Below, piece by piece: positions 44,687 through 54,369 of a DNA stretch of 64,000 nucleotides. How positions within the stretch are numbered: position 1 is the stretch's first letter; each line of letters starts with the position of its first letter. The notes beneath the pieces are model-generated. The model ran no database searches, was not told where the DNA came from, and worked only from the letters and a program-made list of their open reading frames with translations. The DNA comes from Bdellovibrionaceae bacterium UBA6776. Its GTDB lineage: Bacteria > Bdellovibrionota > Bdellovibrionia > Bdellovibrionales > UBA1609. The position numbers and the translations under genes were made by a program. The stretch is taken from positions 5,271 through 69,270 of the forward strand of contig DKGG01000055.1 in the NCBI GenBank assembly GCA_002453155.1, given 5' to 3'.

Positions 44687-45397
44687 CTAGGCAGCTCGAT
44701 TTTGCGACATCATATCCATTTTAGTCTTGATGTAAGTGACGATATTCGCTTTGTTTTCAGAATTGAGAGCCTTAAATTGAAGGCCCATATTTTTCTCGTT
44801 CACATAGCGAATTTCAGCCTTGGCACTGATCTCCCCTCCAAAATCAGCAGATTCAATTCGAATTTGTACTTCTTCGCCGGGATAGAGCATCGGGATGGGC
44901 TCCAAACCCAATCCTCCTTCACTGATGGATTTTAAACTAGAAATGTAGGTTTGATTGTTCAAGATGACCGTAACCTTACCTTGCGCACGAGCGCGGGGGT
45001 GCTTTCTGAGGTCTATTCCGAGGTCGTTCATTAAGTCATGAAGTTCCATGACAGGGGTCCATTTTTTGAAGCCTCGGGTCCAGACCAAAGCGCGGGCAGC
45101 ACTTTCTTGATCCTTTGTGAAAGTCTTCAATTGATTGACCAGTTCTTCTCTGGAAACAGGTCCCATTCTTTTTCCATGGTTTACATAGAACCACTGGTTT
45201 TCAATTTGTAAGTCGGCTTTGATCGCTTTTAAATGGGGAAGGGACTGTGTCCACCACGCAAGGGATTTCCATCCAGTTTGCAAGGGGCCCCAAATTTGGC
45301 ATTCTTCGGTGATTTCACCGGAATCTATTTTTCGCTTTAAAATTTCAGTGGTGAACGGGCCTTCCACCCGAGCACTTTGAAGAATAAACCATTTCAT
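44687..45397 (-). CDS. Tandem GYF-like (GYF_2) domains fused to a C-terminal PilZ domain
   Basis: Track ORF 44687..45559, with start moved to ATG 45397 (MKWFILQ..). Two W-x-GP..W..W repeats (WFILQSARVEGPFT..IWGPLQTGWKSL; WFYVNHGKRMGPVS..VWTRGFKKWTPV). PilZ motifs RKHPRAR and SISEGGLGL. Confidence 0.7.
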   Translation of the reverse strand: MKWFILQSARVEGPFTTEILKRKIDSGEITEECQIWGPLQTGWKSLAWWTQSLPHLKAIKADLQIENQWFYVNHGKRMGPVSREELVNQLKTFTKDQESAARALVWTRGFKKWTPVMELHDLMNDLGIDLRKHPRARAQGKVTVILNNQTYISSLKSISEGGLGLEPIPMLYPGEEVQIRIESADFGGEISAKAEIRYVNEKNMGLQFKALNSENKANIVTYIKTKMDMMSQNRAA

Positions 45398-45487
45398 TGA
45401 AACTATATCGGAGAGCGTCGAACCCAACCTAAGAAAAAAATGAGGGGGAGGAGGCGCGGAGGGTGTGTTAGCAAAATTCGTGCTCAA

Positions 45488-45503
45488 TGGCACGAACTGA
45501 GCT
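45488..45503 (+). promoter_or_regulatory. Sigma-54-type -24/-12-like motif upstream of the lptC/A-lptB-rpoN operon (tentative)
   Basis: TGGCACGAACTGAGCT: TGGCACG matches the -24 element and a GC dinucleotide sits at the canonical spacing, but the -12 flank is imperfect. It overlaps a TATACT -10-like hexamer (45503-45508), only ~8 nt from the GTG start. Confidence 0.25.
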
Positions 45504-45515
45504 ATACTGAAGCTT

Positions 45516-46616
45516 GTGAAATTAAATCGAATTCCATTTAAAAGAGTCAACCAGCGCAAAGCTTACCGAGCTTTGCTGTTTGTCTTTTGTGTTGCGATTT
45601 TGGTCCAACTTTTAATTGTGGCGCCACTTTCCATTGATGATCAGAAAGGGCTGGACGAAGAACCCGCGTCCTCCACGACTTTGTCTCAGAATGAGAAGTC
45701 TAAGATTGGAAGTGATATTGGAGAAGGCGCCGATTTAGATTCCAAAGCCCATTCCAACGGTGTTCCTCCGGAGCTTGCGGGCGATCAAAAAATGAAATCC
45801 GTACATATGCTTGAAACTCGGGATGGGGAAAAGGATTGGGAGCTTTGGTCCGATGTGGCGCGTTCAAACCCGGACTCTGGGCAAGTGGAGCTTCAAGGAG
45901 TGAACTCGCTTTTTCATGGCAACAAAGGCGTGACCTATTCCGTGAAGGGAAGAAAAGGTCTGATTGAAGTTCCAAAGAAAGATTTGAAGGTTTCTGGAAA
46001 TGTGGTGACAAAAACTTCCAGTGGTTATGTTTTTTTGACGGATGACATGAGTTATTTTTCTAAAAACAGAGTGCTTCAGACGGATTCGCTCGTTCGAGTG
46101 TTGGGACCAAAGTCCAAGGGTATTCACGCCTTGAAACTGACCGGCAAAGGTTTGAGGACGATGCTCAATGATTCAAAGGTTGAAGTTTTAAAAGATGTCC
46201 GAGCAGAGAAAATTTTAGAAAAAGGTCAGAAGGCCATCATTCGCAGCGATCGCGCACGGTTCGATGGAAACTCTGTCACAGCCTCTTTTTTGGGAGAGGT
46301 GATTTTGGACATTGATGACATGCGAATAACTGGTCCGAAGGCCGACTTTCTATATGATTCAACCAAGGATACTCTAAAGTCTGTGGTTTTTTCTGGCGGG
46401 GCAAAAGTCAGTGATCCCACCAAATGGGCGACTTCCAAGGAAGTCAAAGTGGATTTCGAAGAGGACAAGTATGTGTTTTCTGGGAACCCACGTGTGGTTC
46501 AAAATTCGGATGAGCTTCATGGAGAAAAAATTATTTTTCATGATGGAGGAAAGCGCATTCAAGTCATTGGAGCCAAAGCAAAAATGAATATGAATCGATT
46601 GAAAGAGGAAAATTGA
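45516..46616 (+). CDS. LPS transport periplasmic protein; apparent LptC-LptA (OstA) fusion
   Basis: N-terminal TM anchor. LptC-like block (..[43 protein letters not shown]..) is followed by an OstA/LptA-like block (..[56 protein letters not shown]). It is the single gene where lptC+lptA normally precede lptB. Confidence 0.7.
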   Translation: MKLNRIPFKRVNQRKAYRALLFVFCVAILVQLLIVAPLSIDDQKGLDEEPASSTTLSQNEKSKIGSDIGEGADLDSKAHSNGVPPELAGDQKMKSVHMLETRDGEKDWELWSDVARSNPDSGQVELQGVNSLFHGNKGVTYSVKGRKGLIEVPKKDLKVSGNVVTKTSSGYVFLTDDMSYFSKNRVLQTDSLVRVLGPKSKGIHALKLTGKGLRTMLNDSKVEVLKDVRAEKILEKGQKAIIRSDRARFDGNSVTASFLGEVILDIDDMRITGPKADFLYDSTKDTLKSVVFSGGAKVSDPTKWATSKEVKVDFEEDKYVFSGNPRVVQNSDELHGEKIIFHDGGKRIQVIGAKAKMNMNRLKEEN

Positions 46617-47338
46617 TGGGCCAATTGAGAATTGTGGGCATCAGTAAAAAATTTAAAACCAGACAAGTGGTTGATCAGGTGACCTTTAGTGTGGACTCGG
46701 GTCAGGTGGTGGGACTTTTGGGGCCCAATGGTGCAGGTAAGACAACAAGTTTTTATATGGTTGTCGGGTTGGTGCGTCCGGACACAGGAACCGTTCATTT
46801 CAATGATCATGATGTCACTCAATTGCCGATGTACAAAAGAGCTCAGCATGGGTTGAGCTACCTTCCTCAGGAACCGAGCATTTTTAAAAAACTCACGGTG
46901 ACAGAAAATATTATGGTGGCGCTGGAGAGCCGTGATCTTTCTTCCAGTGAACGTGCCGAGCGATTGGAAAGCTTGTTGGAAGAGTTTCGGATTCAGCACA
47001 TTCGAGACAGCTATGGCTATGCATTGTCCGGAGGGGAGCGCCGACGGGTAGAGATTGCTCGCGCACTGGGAGGAGATCCGGAATTTATTCTTCTGGATGA
47101 GCCCTTTGCGGGAATTGATCCCATCGCCGTCAATGACATTCAAGGCATTATCACTCAGCTGACGGAGCGGGGAATTGGAGTTTTGATTACCGATCATAAC
47201 GTTCGTGAAACTTTGGGCATATGCAACCGTGCATATATATTAAGAGAAGGTCGCGTGGAAGTGGAAGGAACTGCTTCTGAAATTGCGGAATCTCCGCGTG
47301 CGAGAGAATTTTATTTGGGTGAGAATTTCCGACTTTAA
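46616..47338 (+). CDS. lptB: LPS export ABC transporter ATP-binding protein
   Basis: [36 protein letters not shown] and ITDHNVRE motifs. ATG 46616 (TGATG overlap); the track lists TTG 46613. Confidence 0.9.
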   Translation: MGQLRIVGISKKFKTRQVVDQVTFSVDSGQVVGLLGPNGAGKTTSFYMVVGLVRPDTGTVHFNDHDVTQLPMYKRAQHGLSYLPQEPSIFKKLTVTENIMVALESRDLSSSERAERLESLLEEFRIQHIRDSYGYALSGGERRRVEIARALGGDPEFILLDEPFAGIDPIAVNDIQGIITQLTERGIGVLITDHNVRETLGICNRAYILREGRVEVEGTASEIAESPRAREFYLGENFRL

Positions 47339-47352
47339 AAAGGAGTTTATCA

Positions 47353-48783
47353 ATGGCAATGCAACTTAAAACCAGTTTGAAGTTGTCTCAACAACTTCGC
47401 ATGACCCCTCAGCTTCAGCAGGCCATTAAATTGTTGCAACTTTCCCGTCTTGAACTTGAGACGGCTGTGCGAAAAGAATTGGATGAAAACCCCGTTCTTG
47501 AAGAAGTGCAAGATGTTGCCGAAGAGGCCTCTCGTTTAGAAGCCCGCGAAGCGAATCCCGATGAAGGAAATCAAACCGAGGATTCTTCAGATCCTCGCAC
47601 TCAAGATGAGTTTGAGTGGGAGAACTACGTCGACTCCAAATACAAACCTCCACAATCGGGTCCCGGAGGTACGGATGAGATCATGAACTATGAGAACATG
47701 ATTTCTTCCGAGACCACTCTTCATGATCATTTGCTTTGGCAAATGAATTTGGGAGGTTTTTCAGATGAGGAAGAAGGCTACCTTGCGATTTTGATCAGCT
47801 ACGTGGATGACGATGGATACATTAAAACGCCGTTGTCCGAAGTGGCGCAAGAAGAGTCCGTGGATGAAAAAGAACTGGAAGAAATGCTTCCTTTCCTTCA
47901 AGAGTTCGATCCTCCCGGCGTCGGAGCGCGGGATTTAAAAGAGTGTTTGATCATTCAGGCCAAGCATTTGGAAGAAGACACCAATGATTTGGTTCATTTG
48001 GTGAACAATCATTTGAAAGATTTGGAAAAGAAGAACTACAACGGAATTGCAAAGGCCATGGAGGCTCCTCTTGAGGACATCATTGAGCTTTGTAAAATCA
48101 TTTACTCCATGGAGCCAAAACCGGGCCGCTCTTTTATGCCTAGAGACACCCAGTTTGTCACTCCGGATGTCTACGTTTACAAGGTCGGTGACGAATACAT
48201 GGTGTCTTTGAATGAAGATGGGCTTCCGCGGCTTCGAATCTCAAATCTTTATAAGAACATTTTAAAAGGGGATAAAGAGTCCACAGCAAAAGCTCACGAT
48301 TACATTCAAGAAAAGTTGAAGTCAGCCGTTTGGTTGATCAAAAGCATTCACCAGCGGCAAAGAACCATCTATAAGGTGACCGAAAGTATCGTAAAGCATC
48401 AGCAAGATTTTTTCGAAAAAGGTCCCGAGCACATTAAGCCTATGATTTTAAGGGACATTGCAAATGACATTGGAATGCACGAATCTACGGTGAGCCGTGT
48501 GACCACAAGCAAATATGTTCATACCCCTCGTGGAATTTTCGAACTGAAGTACTTTTTCAATTCGGGAATTTCGAAGACGGATGGAGATTCATTGGCCAGC
48601 GAATCTGTGAAATTAAAAATCAAAGATTTGGTCAGTCAGGAAAACCCCAAGAACCCATTGTCTGACCAAAAAATCGTCGAGTTGTTGAAGAAAGACGGTA
48701 TTAAGATTGCCCGAAGAACCGTGGCAAAATATAGGGACGTGTTAAAAATTCTTCCTTCTTCAAAAAGAAAAAAGCTTTTTTAG
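47353..48783 (+). CDS. rpoN: RNA polymerase sigma-54 factor
   Basis: Region I LKLSQQLRMTPQLQQAIKLLQLS, HTH, and RpoN box ARRTVAKYR. Confidence 0.95.
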   Translation: MAMQLKTSLKLSQQLRMTPQLQQAIKLLQLSRLELETAVRKELDENPVLEEVQDVAEEASRLEAREANPDEGNQTEDSSDPRTQDEFEWENYVDSKYKPPQSGPGGTDEIMNYENMISSETTLHDHLLWQMNLGGFSDEEEGYLAILISYVDDDGYIKTPLSEVAQEESVDEKELEEMLPFLQEFDPPGVGARDLKECLIIQAKHLEEDTNDLVHLVNNHLKDLEKKNYNGIAKAMEAPLEDIIELCKIIYSMEPKPGRSFMPRDTQFVTPDVYVYKVGDEYMVSLNEDGLPRLRISNLYKNILKGDKESTAKAHDYIQEKLKSAVWLIKSIHQRQRTIYKVTESIVKHQQDFFEKGPEHIKPMILRDIANDIGMHESTVSRVTTSKYVHTPRGIFELKYFFNSGISKTDGDSLASESVKLKIKDLVSQENPKNPLSDQKIVELLKKDGIKIARRTVAKYRDVLKILPSSKRKKLF

Positions 48784-48879
48784 TTGGCTCGAATTGAGAA
48801 ATTGAAACCGGCGATCTCCAGAAAACCTCGACCTTTCCGATAAGGACTTAAGTAGAGGCTTTGACCCTTAGGGAGGCAT

Positions 48880-49179
48880 ATGTTCGTTGAATTTCGTTTT
48901 CGAGACCTGCAATCATCCGAAGAATTAGAAAATTACGCCATGGACCGACTTCAGAAAATAGGGAAATTTGAGAAAGAACCCATCCATGTGGCAGTGACTT
49001 TTTCCTACGCGAAATCTACCAAAAAAGTCCAGTTGCACTTGAGGTCCAAACGCAATGAGGTTGTCGCTCAATCTGAGGGCGAAGATTTTTTTGGCTGTCT
49101 GGATGAGGCGGCGACCCGAATCATGAGTCAGCTCAAAAAAACCAAGTCTCGAGGCCGTCCACTTCGCAAAGCGAGTTGA
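48880..49179 (+). CDS. hpf: Ribosome hibernation promoting factor / sigma-54 modulation protein family (short form)
   Basis: 99 aa whose pattern ..HVAVTFSYAKSTKKVQLHL..VVAQSEGEDFFGCLDEAATRIMSQLKK matches HPF/RaiA. Located downstream of rpoN. Confidence 0.75.
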   Translation: MFVEFRFRDLQSSEELENYAMDRLQKIGKFEKEPIHVAVTFSYAKSTKKVQLHLRSKRNEVVAQSEGEDFFGCLDEAATRIMSQLKKTKSRGRPLRKAS

Positions 49180-49241
49180 CCCTATAAGAGCGTCTTGTTA
49201 GGAGTCTTCTTTGCCCAAACATCCGCGGCAAGGAGGACTCT

Positions 49242-50387
49242 TTGAAAAACTATCTATTTACCAGCGAATCCGTTTCCGAAGGCCATCCTGATAAGGTGGC
49301 AGATCAAATCAGTGATGCCATCCTGGATGCATACCTTGCAGGTGACCCTCTTTCTCGAGTGGCGTGTGAGACCATGGCCGCAACGGGGTTTGTCATGCTT
49401 GCTGGGGAAGTGACCTCCAAAGCCAATGTGGATTTAACCGCCGTGGCTCGAAACGTGATCAAAGAAATCGGTTATGACAATGGAGAGATGGGTTTTGATT
49501 ACAGATCCTGTGCCATCTTGACTGGGTTGGGCAAGCAAAGTCCTGACATCGCAATGGGAGTCGATGCTGCGGAACAGGGTGCTGGGGACCAAGGTTTAAT
49601 GTTTGGTTACGCCATCAATGAGACCCCAGAGTACATGCCTCTTTCCATTTCTCTTTCTCACAAATTGGTGAAAAATTTGGCAGACATTCGCAAGAAGGAC
49701 AAAAACTCCTTTCTTCGCCCGGACTCTAAAAGTCAGGTGACGGTTGAGTATCAAGACGGAAAGATCAAACGCGTCGATGCTGTTGTGATCTCCACTCAGC
49801 ACACGGAAGAAGCCACTTTGGATCAGGTGAAAGCTTTGGTTCGAGAAGAGTTGATTGAAAAAACAATTCCTAAAGAACTGATGGACAACAACACCAAGAT
49901 TCACATCAACCCCACCGGTCGATTTGTCATCGGTGGCCCCGTGGGTGATTGTGGATTGACCGGAAGAAAAATCATCGTGGATACCTATGGTGGCCATGGA
50001 GCCCATGGTGGTGGAGCTTTCTCTGGAAAAGATCCTTCAAAAGTGGATCGTTCCGCGGCCTATGCTTCTCGTCATATTGCAAAGAACTTGGTGGCTGCAG
50101 GACTTGCCGAGCGCTGCTTGGTTCAAGTGGCTTATGCCATTGGAGTTGCAGATCCTGTCAGTGTGATGGTGGAAGATTATGGAACCTCTCAAGTGGGAGC
50201 CGAAAATTTGGCTCGCGCTGTAAAAGAACTTTGGAACTTGAAACCCAAAGCGATTGTAGATCGTTTTGATCTTTTGAAGCCCCGTTACTCCAAGACAGCA
50301 GCATATGGTCACTTTGGGCGCACCGAGCCAGAATTTACTTGGGAAAAGCTGGACGAAGTGGAGCGTTTGAAGTCCTTTTTCAATTAG
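49242..50387 (+). CDS. metK: S-adenosylmethionine synthetase
   Basis: TTG start after [49 protein letters not shown] motifs. Confidence 0.95.
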   Translation: MKNYLFTSESVSEGHPDKVADQISDAILDAYLAGDPLSRVACETMAATGFVMLAGEVTSKANVDLTAVARNVIKEIGYDNGEMGFDYRSCAILTGLGKQSPDIAMGVDAAEQGAGDQGLMFGYAINETPEYMPLSISLSHKLVKNLADIRKKDKNSFLRPDSKSQVTVEYQDGKIKRVDAVVISTQHTEEATLDQVKALVREELIEKTIPKELMDNNTKIHINPTGRFVIGGPVGDCGLTGRKIIVDTYGGHGAHGGGAFSGKDPSKVDRSAAYASRHIAKNLVAAGLAERCLVQVAYAIGVADPVSVMVEDYGTSQVGAENLARAVKELWNLKPKAIVDRFDLLKPRYSKTAAYGHFGRTEPEFTWEKLDEVERLKSFFN

Positions 50388-50549
50388 TTCTTTTACCCAT
50401 CTGTGAGATTCGGTATACCATAGGACGATTTTGAAATCGTGAGGGTGCCGAAAATCAAGGCAACACCCTTCCTCGAAACCGGGGAAGGCGTGCTGATGTT
50501 TCCTTGCGCGATTGCGCCCTCCTTAAATTCTTGCGGCAAAAAAGGCAAA

Positions 50550-52349
50550 ATGGATCCGAAACACATTCGCAACTTTTCAATCATTGCTCACATCGATCAC
50601 GGGAAATCCACATTGGCGGATGGGTTTTTGTCGGCCACTCAAACGCTTTCAGACCGAGAGAAAAAGGCACAGTTCTTAGACAATATGGACTTGGAGAGAG
50701 AGCGTGGGATCACCATTAAAGCTCAAACCGTGCGTATCAATTTCAAAGCCAATGACGGCGAAGTGTATCAGCTCAATCTGATTGATACCCCCGGGCACGT
50801 GGATTTTTCCTATGAAGTCTCAAGATCTTTGGCCGCCTGTGAAGGTGCGATTTTGGTGGTGGATGCGGCTCAAGGTGTGGAAGCGCAAACCTTGGCAAAC
50901 GTATATTTGGCTTTGGAGCATGACTTAGAAATCATTCCTGTTTTGAATAAAATTGATCTTCCCGCCGCGGATCCCGAAGGTGTGAAGCAGCAAATTGAAG
51001 ATGCCATTGGTTTGGACACTTCCGAAGCCATTTTGGCCAGCGCCAAAGAGGGCAAAGGAATTACAGAAATTCTTCAAGCCGTTGTGGACAAAGTTCCTCC
51101 TCCCACGGCAGACCGTGAGCTTCCTCTGCGAGCTCTGATTTTTGATTCTTGGTTTGATCCCTACCAGGGCGTGGTGGTTTTGTGCCGAATTAAAGACGGG
51201 ACCATTAAAAAGGGCGAGCAGATTCGCTTTATGGCAGCAGGAAAAGACTATGAAGTTTTAAAGTTGGGAGTCTTTGCTCCTTTTGCCATGAACCTGGATT
51301 CTTTGGATGCGGGCGAAGTGGGCTTTGTGATTTGCGGAATCAAAGACATTCGCGATGTAAAAGTGGGGGATACCGTCACCCATGCCAAGCGGCCCGCCAC
51401 GGCGCCGCTTGCCGGTTTTAAGAAAATCAAACCCATGGTTTTTTCGGGCATTTTTCCCGTGGACTCTTCAGACTTTGAAGATTTGCGAGAGGCCTTGGAC
51501 AAATTGGCTTTGAACGATTCCAGTCTCAGTTTTGAAATGGAGACTTCGGCGGCTCTTGGCTTTGGATTTCGTTGTGGATTCTTGGGACTTCTCCATATGG
51601 AAATTGTCCAAGAAAGATTGGAACGAGAGTTCAACCTCAATTTGATCACAACAGCACCCTCTGTGGTTTACAAAGTCTACACAACAGATGGTCAAGAAAT
51701 TGATCTGGAAAACCCCTCGAAACTTCCTGAACTGACAAAGATTGATCGTATGGAAGAGCCGATCGTAAAGCTTACCCTTCATACTCCAAGTGAATACATT
51801 GGTGGGATTTTAAAACTCTGTGAAGACCGTCGAGGTGTGCAAATTAAAATGGAGTTTATTACCGACACCAAAGTGATCATTGAGTACAAGTTGCCCCTCA
51901 ATGAAATGGTGATGGATTTTTATGACCGTTTAAAATCCATTTCAAAAGGCTACGCCAGCATGGAGTATGAATTCCTGGGTTACGAAGAGTCGGACCTGTC
52001 CAAAATGGACATTTTGATCAATGGAGATTCTGTGGATGCGCTTTCCTTGATTGTTCACAAATCAAAAGCCACACCACGGGGTCGTGCCCTTACTGCCAAA
52101 TTGAAAGAATTGATTCCACGCCAACAGTTTCAGGTGGCCATCCAGGCTGCGTTGGGAGCGAAAATCATCGCTCGAGAGACGGTGGGCGCCCTTCGAAAAG
52201 ATGTCACAGCAAAGTGTTATGGCGGAGATATTTCTCGAAAAAGAAAATTGCTTGAAAAGCAAAAAGAAGGAAAGAAGCGCATGAAGTCCATTGGTCGCGT
52301 GGAAGTCCCCCAAGAGGCCTTTCTCGCTATTTTAAAGGTGGATGAGTAG
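50550..52349 (+). CDS. lepA: Translation elongation factor 4
   Basis: Track ORF 50439..52349. ATG 50550 gives [36 protein letters not shown] and C-terminal LepA block. Confidence 0.95.
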   Translation: MDPKHIRNFSIIAHIDHGKSTLADGFLSATQTLSDREKKAQFLDNMDLERERGITIKAQTVRINFKANDGEVYQLNLIDTPGHVDFSYEVSRSLAACEGAILVVDAAQGVEAQTLANVYLALEHDLEIIPVLNKIDLPAADPEGVKQQIEDAIGLDTSEAILASAKEGKGITEILQAVVDKVPPPTADRELPLRALIFDSWFDPYQGVVVLCRIKDGTIKKGEQIRFMAAGKDYEVLKLGVFAPFAMNLDSLDAGEVGFVICGIKDIRDVKVGDTVTHAKRPATAPLAGFKKIKPMVFSGIFPVDSSDFEDLREALDKLALNDSSLSFEMETSAALGFGFRCGFLGLLHMEIVQERLEREFNLNLITTAPSVVYKVYTTDGQEIDLENPSKLPELTKIDRMEEPIVKLTLHTPSEYIGGILKLCEDRRGVQIKMEFITDTKVIIEYKLPLNEMVMDFYDRLKSISKGYASMEYEFLGYEESDLSKMDILINGDSVDALSLIVHKSKATPRGRALTAKLKELIPRQQFQVAIQAALGAKIIARETVGALRKDVTAKCYGGDISRKRKLLEKQKEGKKRMKSIGRVEVPQEAFLAILKVDE

Positions 52350-53070
52350 CTTTATGTCCAAGCGTTTTTGGACCGAGGGATTAGGTTCATTTGTACTGGC
52401 AATCTTGTTGGCTTTGACGGTTCGTTGGGCTTTTGTGGAAGCTTATATGATTCCAACAAACAGCATGATGCCCACGCTGATGTCCAACGATCATATATTT
52501 GTGAACAAGTTGATTTATGGGATTCGCTGGCCTTTTAGCTCTAAGTGGATCATGAAGTGGTCGGCTCCCAAAAGAGGGGACTTGATTGTCTTTCGACGGG
52601 ATGGGGATCAATCTCCTTTTTACATCAAGCGGGTTGTTGGGGTCCCTGGAGATCGGGTTTACATTGAAAACAACCATGTTTATGTGAACGAAGCGGTGTT
52701 GGAGCGACGCCTTCCAAACCCAACGGAACAGCGAAGATGGGGCCATCATTTTGATTCCAAAGAATATGAATTGTGGATGGAGATTTTGTCGGATCAAGCA
52801 TACGGAGTTCTTTACGGAAGAGAAGGTCCTCAATCTGCACCTATTGGGCCCGTCACAGTGCCTTTTGGATCTTATTTTGTTTTGGGGGATCACAGAGATT
52901 TGGCAGACGATTCTCGAACCTGGGCGCCGGCTCGATTTGTAAAAGAGGATGCGATTATTGGTCGGGCTTCAATGGTTTGGCTCAGTTGTGATGAGACATT
53001 GCCTGTGGTGCCCTTCTTGTGCGATCCTCGTGAGATCCGTTGGGATCGATTCTTTCGTTTTGTTAACTGA
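52342..53070 (+). CDS. lepB: Signal peptidase I (S26), divergent copy 1
   Basis: Catalytic Ser box [10 protein letters not shown] and Lys box [11 protein letters not shown]. Box E is altered ([11 protein letters not shown]). Alternative start at ATG 52354. Confidence 0.8.
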   Translation: MSSFMSKRFWTEGLGSFVLAILLALTVRWAFVEAYMIPTNSMMPTLMSNDHIFVNKLIYGIRWPFSSKWIMKWSAPKRGDLIVFRRDGDQSPFYIKRVVGVPGDRVYIENNHVYVNEAVLERRLPNPTEQRRWGHHFDSKEYELWMEILSDQAYGVLYGREGPQSAPIGPVTVPFGSYFVLGDHRDLADDSRTWAPARFVKEDAIIGRASMVWLSCDETLPVVPFLCDPREIRWDRFFRFVN

Positions 53071-53108
53071 GGTCCGTGGAGATCACAGCCTCTGAGAGAG
53101 GAGTGAGT

Positions 53109-53861
53109 GTGGCAAAGGGAAAAAGTGAAAAGACAAAATTTGGAGATGGGTTCTTCTCGTTCTTCGGAGCTATTTTAGCCATTTTGGCTTTTCGTTGGTT
53201 GTTGTTTGAACCCTTTGTGATTCCTTCCGGCAGTATGATTCCCACCCTTTTGGTTCACGATCACATTTTAGTGAATAAGTTTGCTTACGGAGTGCGCTGG
53301 CCCTTTTCAAAATCTTGGATTGTGGAATTTGAGGGCCCCAAACGGGGGGACATCGTTGTTTTTAAAGCGGTCGACGAATCCTATTTTATGATTAAACGGG
53401 TGATTGGTTTGCCCGGTGACGAGATCCAAATGAAGGATGATGGTCAATTGGTTGTAAATGGCGAGCCCATTCCGCGAGTGGAATTGCCAGTGTCTTCAGC
53501 GGATCCGTCCTCTCAATCTCCCTATTACGCCGTAGATAGCACGGATCTGGAAGGTTCGTTTGAGTTTTTTGACTTTTACGAAGAAAAAGTGGGCGAGCAC
53601 ACCCATCGCTTGATTCATTTTAAAGGCAACCCAAGAACGTGGGCGCAACCCTTTCATGTTCCTGAGGGAAATTATTTTATGATGGGAGACAACCGGGACA
53701 ACTCCAAAGACAGTCGCTACTGGGGGCCTTTGCCAAAAGAAAATCTTATGGGCAAAGCACTTTTTGTATGGCTCAGTTGCCAGGACACTCTTCCGGTCTT
53801 GTCGATGATCTGCAATCCCTTAGAGCTTCGTTGGAAGAGATTCTTCCATGGCTTGGAGTAG
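53109..53861 (+). CDS. lepB: Signal peptidase I (S26), canonical copy 2
   Basis: IPSGSMIPTL, MIKRVIGLPGD and GDNRDNSKDSRYWG motifs. Track ORF starts at GTG 53076; GTG 53109 sits 7 nt after GAGG. Confidence 0.85.
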   Translation: MAKGKSEKTKFGDGFFSFFGAILAILAFRWLLFEPFVIPSGSMIPTLLVHDHILVNKFAYGVRWPFSKSWIVEFEGPKRGDIVVFKAVDESYFMIKRVIGLPGDEIQMKDDGQLVVNGEPIPRVELPVSSADPSSQSPYYAVDSTDLEGSFEFFDFYEEKVGEHTHRLIHFKGNPRTWAQPFHVPEGNYFMMGDNRDNSKDSRYWGPLPKENLMGKALFVWLSCQDTLPVLSMICNPLELRWKRFFHGLE

Positions 53862-54336
53862 GCCGTTCTTTCAATTTTTGCTGCCGCTTTTGGTGTTAGG
53901 ACTGATCCTTAGGTTTTTCTTTATTCAAAGCCTAATGGTGCACACCTCAAGGTTTGATCCTCATCTGCTCAAAGGGGATTTGGTTTTGGGATCTAAAATT
54001 TCCAAACCCCATCGTGGAGATTTCGTGGCCTTCGATTGTCTGAGCCACGGAGTGTGTGTGGGACGCATTTTGGGAAAATCCGGAGATCGGCTGGATTTTG
54101 AAGGGGATTTGGTCCTCATCAACCGAACCACTCAGCAAGAACTGAAACTTTCGGACGCAACGCGGCTTGAGCCCGGATCTTTTGTAGTGGGCCCAGAGCA
54201 CTATTTTTTGGAAGGAGATGAGTCCGGAGAGGTTCCTGAGCCTCAGATTCGATCCGTGCTGAAGTGGGTATTTGTTTCTGTCGATCCGGAGTCTCGAACC
54301 TGGCGTCCAAGCCGTACTTTGTGGTCCATTCATTGA
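53848..54336 (+). CDS. Signal-peptidase-I-like protein lacking catalytic Ser/Lys (pseudo-peptidase)
   Basis: TM anchor plus S26-like blocks, but the Ser box reads VHTSRFDPHLL and the Lys box reads CVGRILGKSGD. In my manual alignment the catalytic S aligns to R and the catalytic K aligns to G. No box E. Confidence 0.55.
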   Translation: MAWSRPFFQFLLPLLVLGLILRFFFIQSLMVHTSRFDPHLLKGDLVLGSKISKPHRGDFVAFDCLSHGVCVGRILGKSGDRLDFEGDLVLINRTTQQELKLSDATRLEPGSFVVGPEHYFLEGDESGEVPEPQIRSVLKWVFVSVDPESRTWRPSRTLWSIH

Positions 54337-54369
54337 CGAATTCAGGGCCAAAAGATATCCTCTTCGCCA

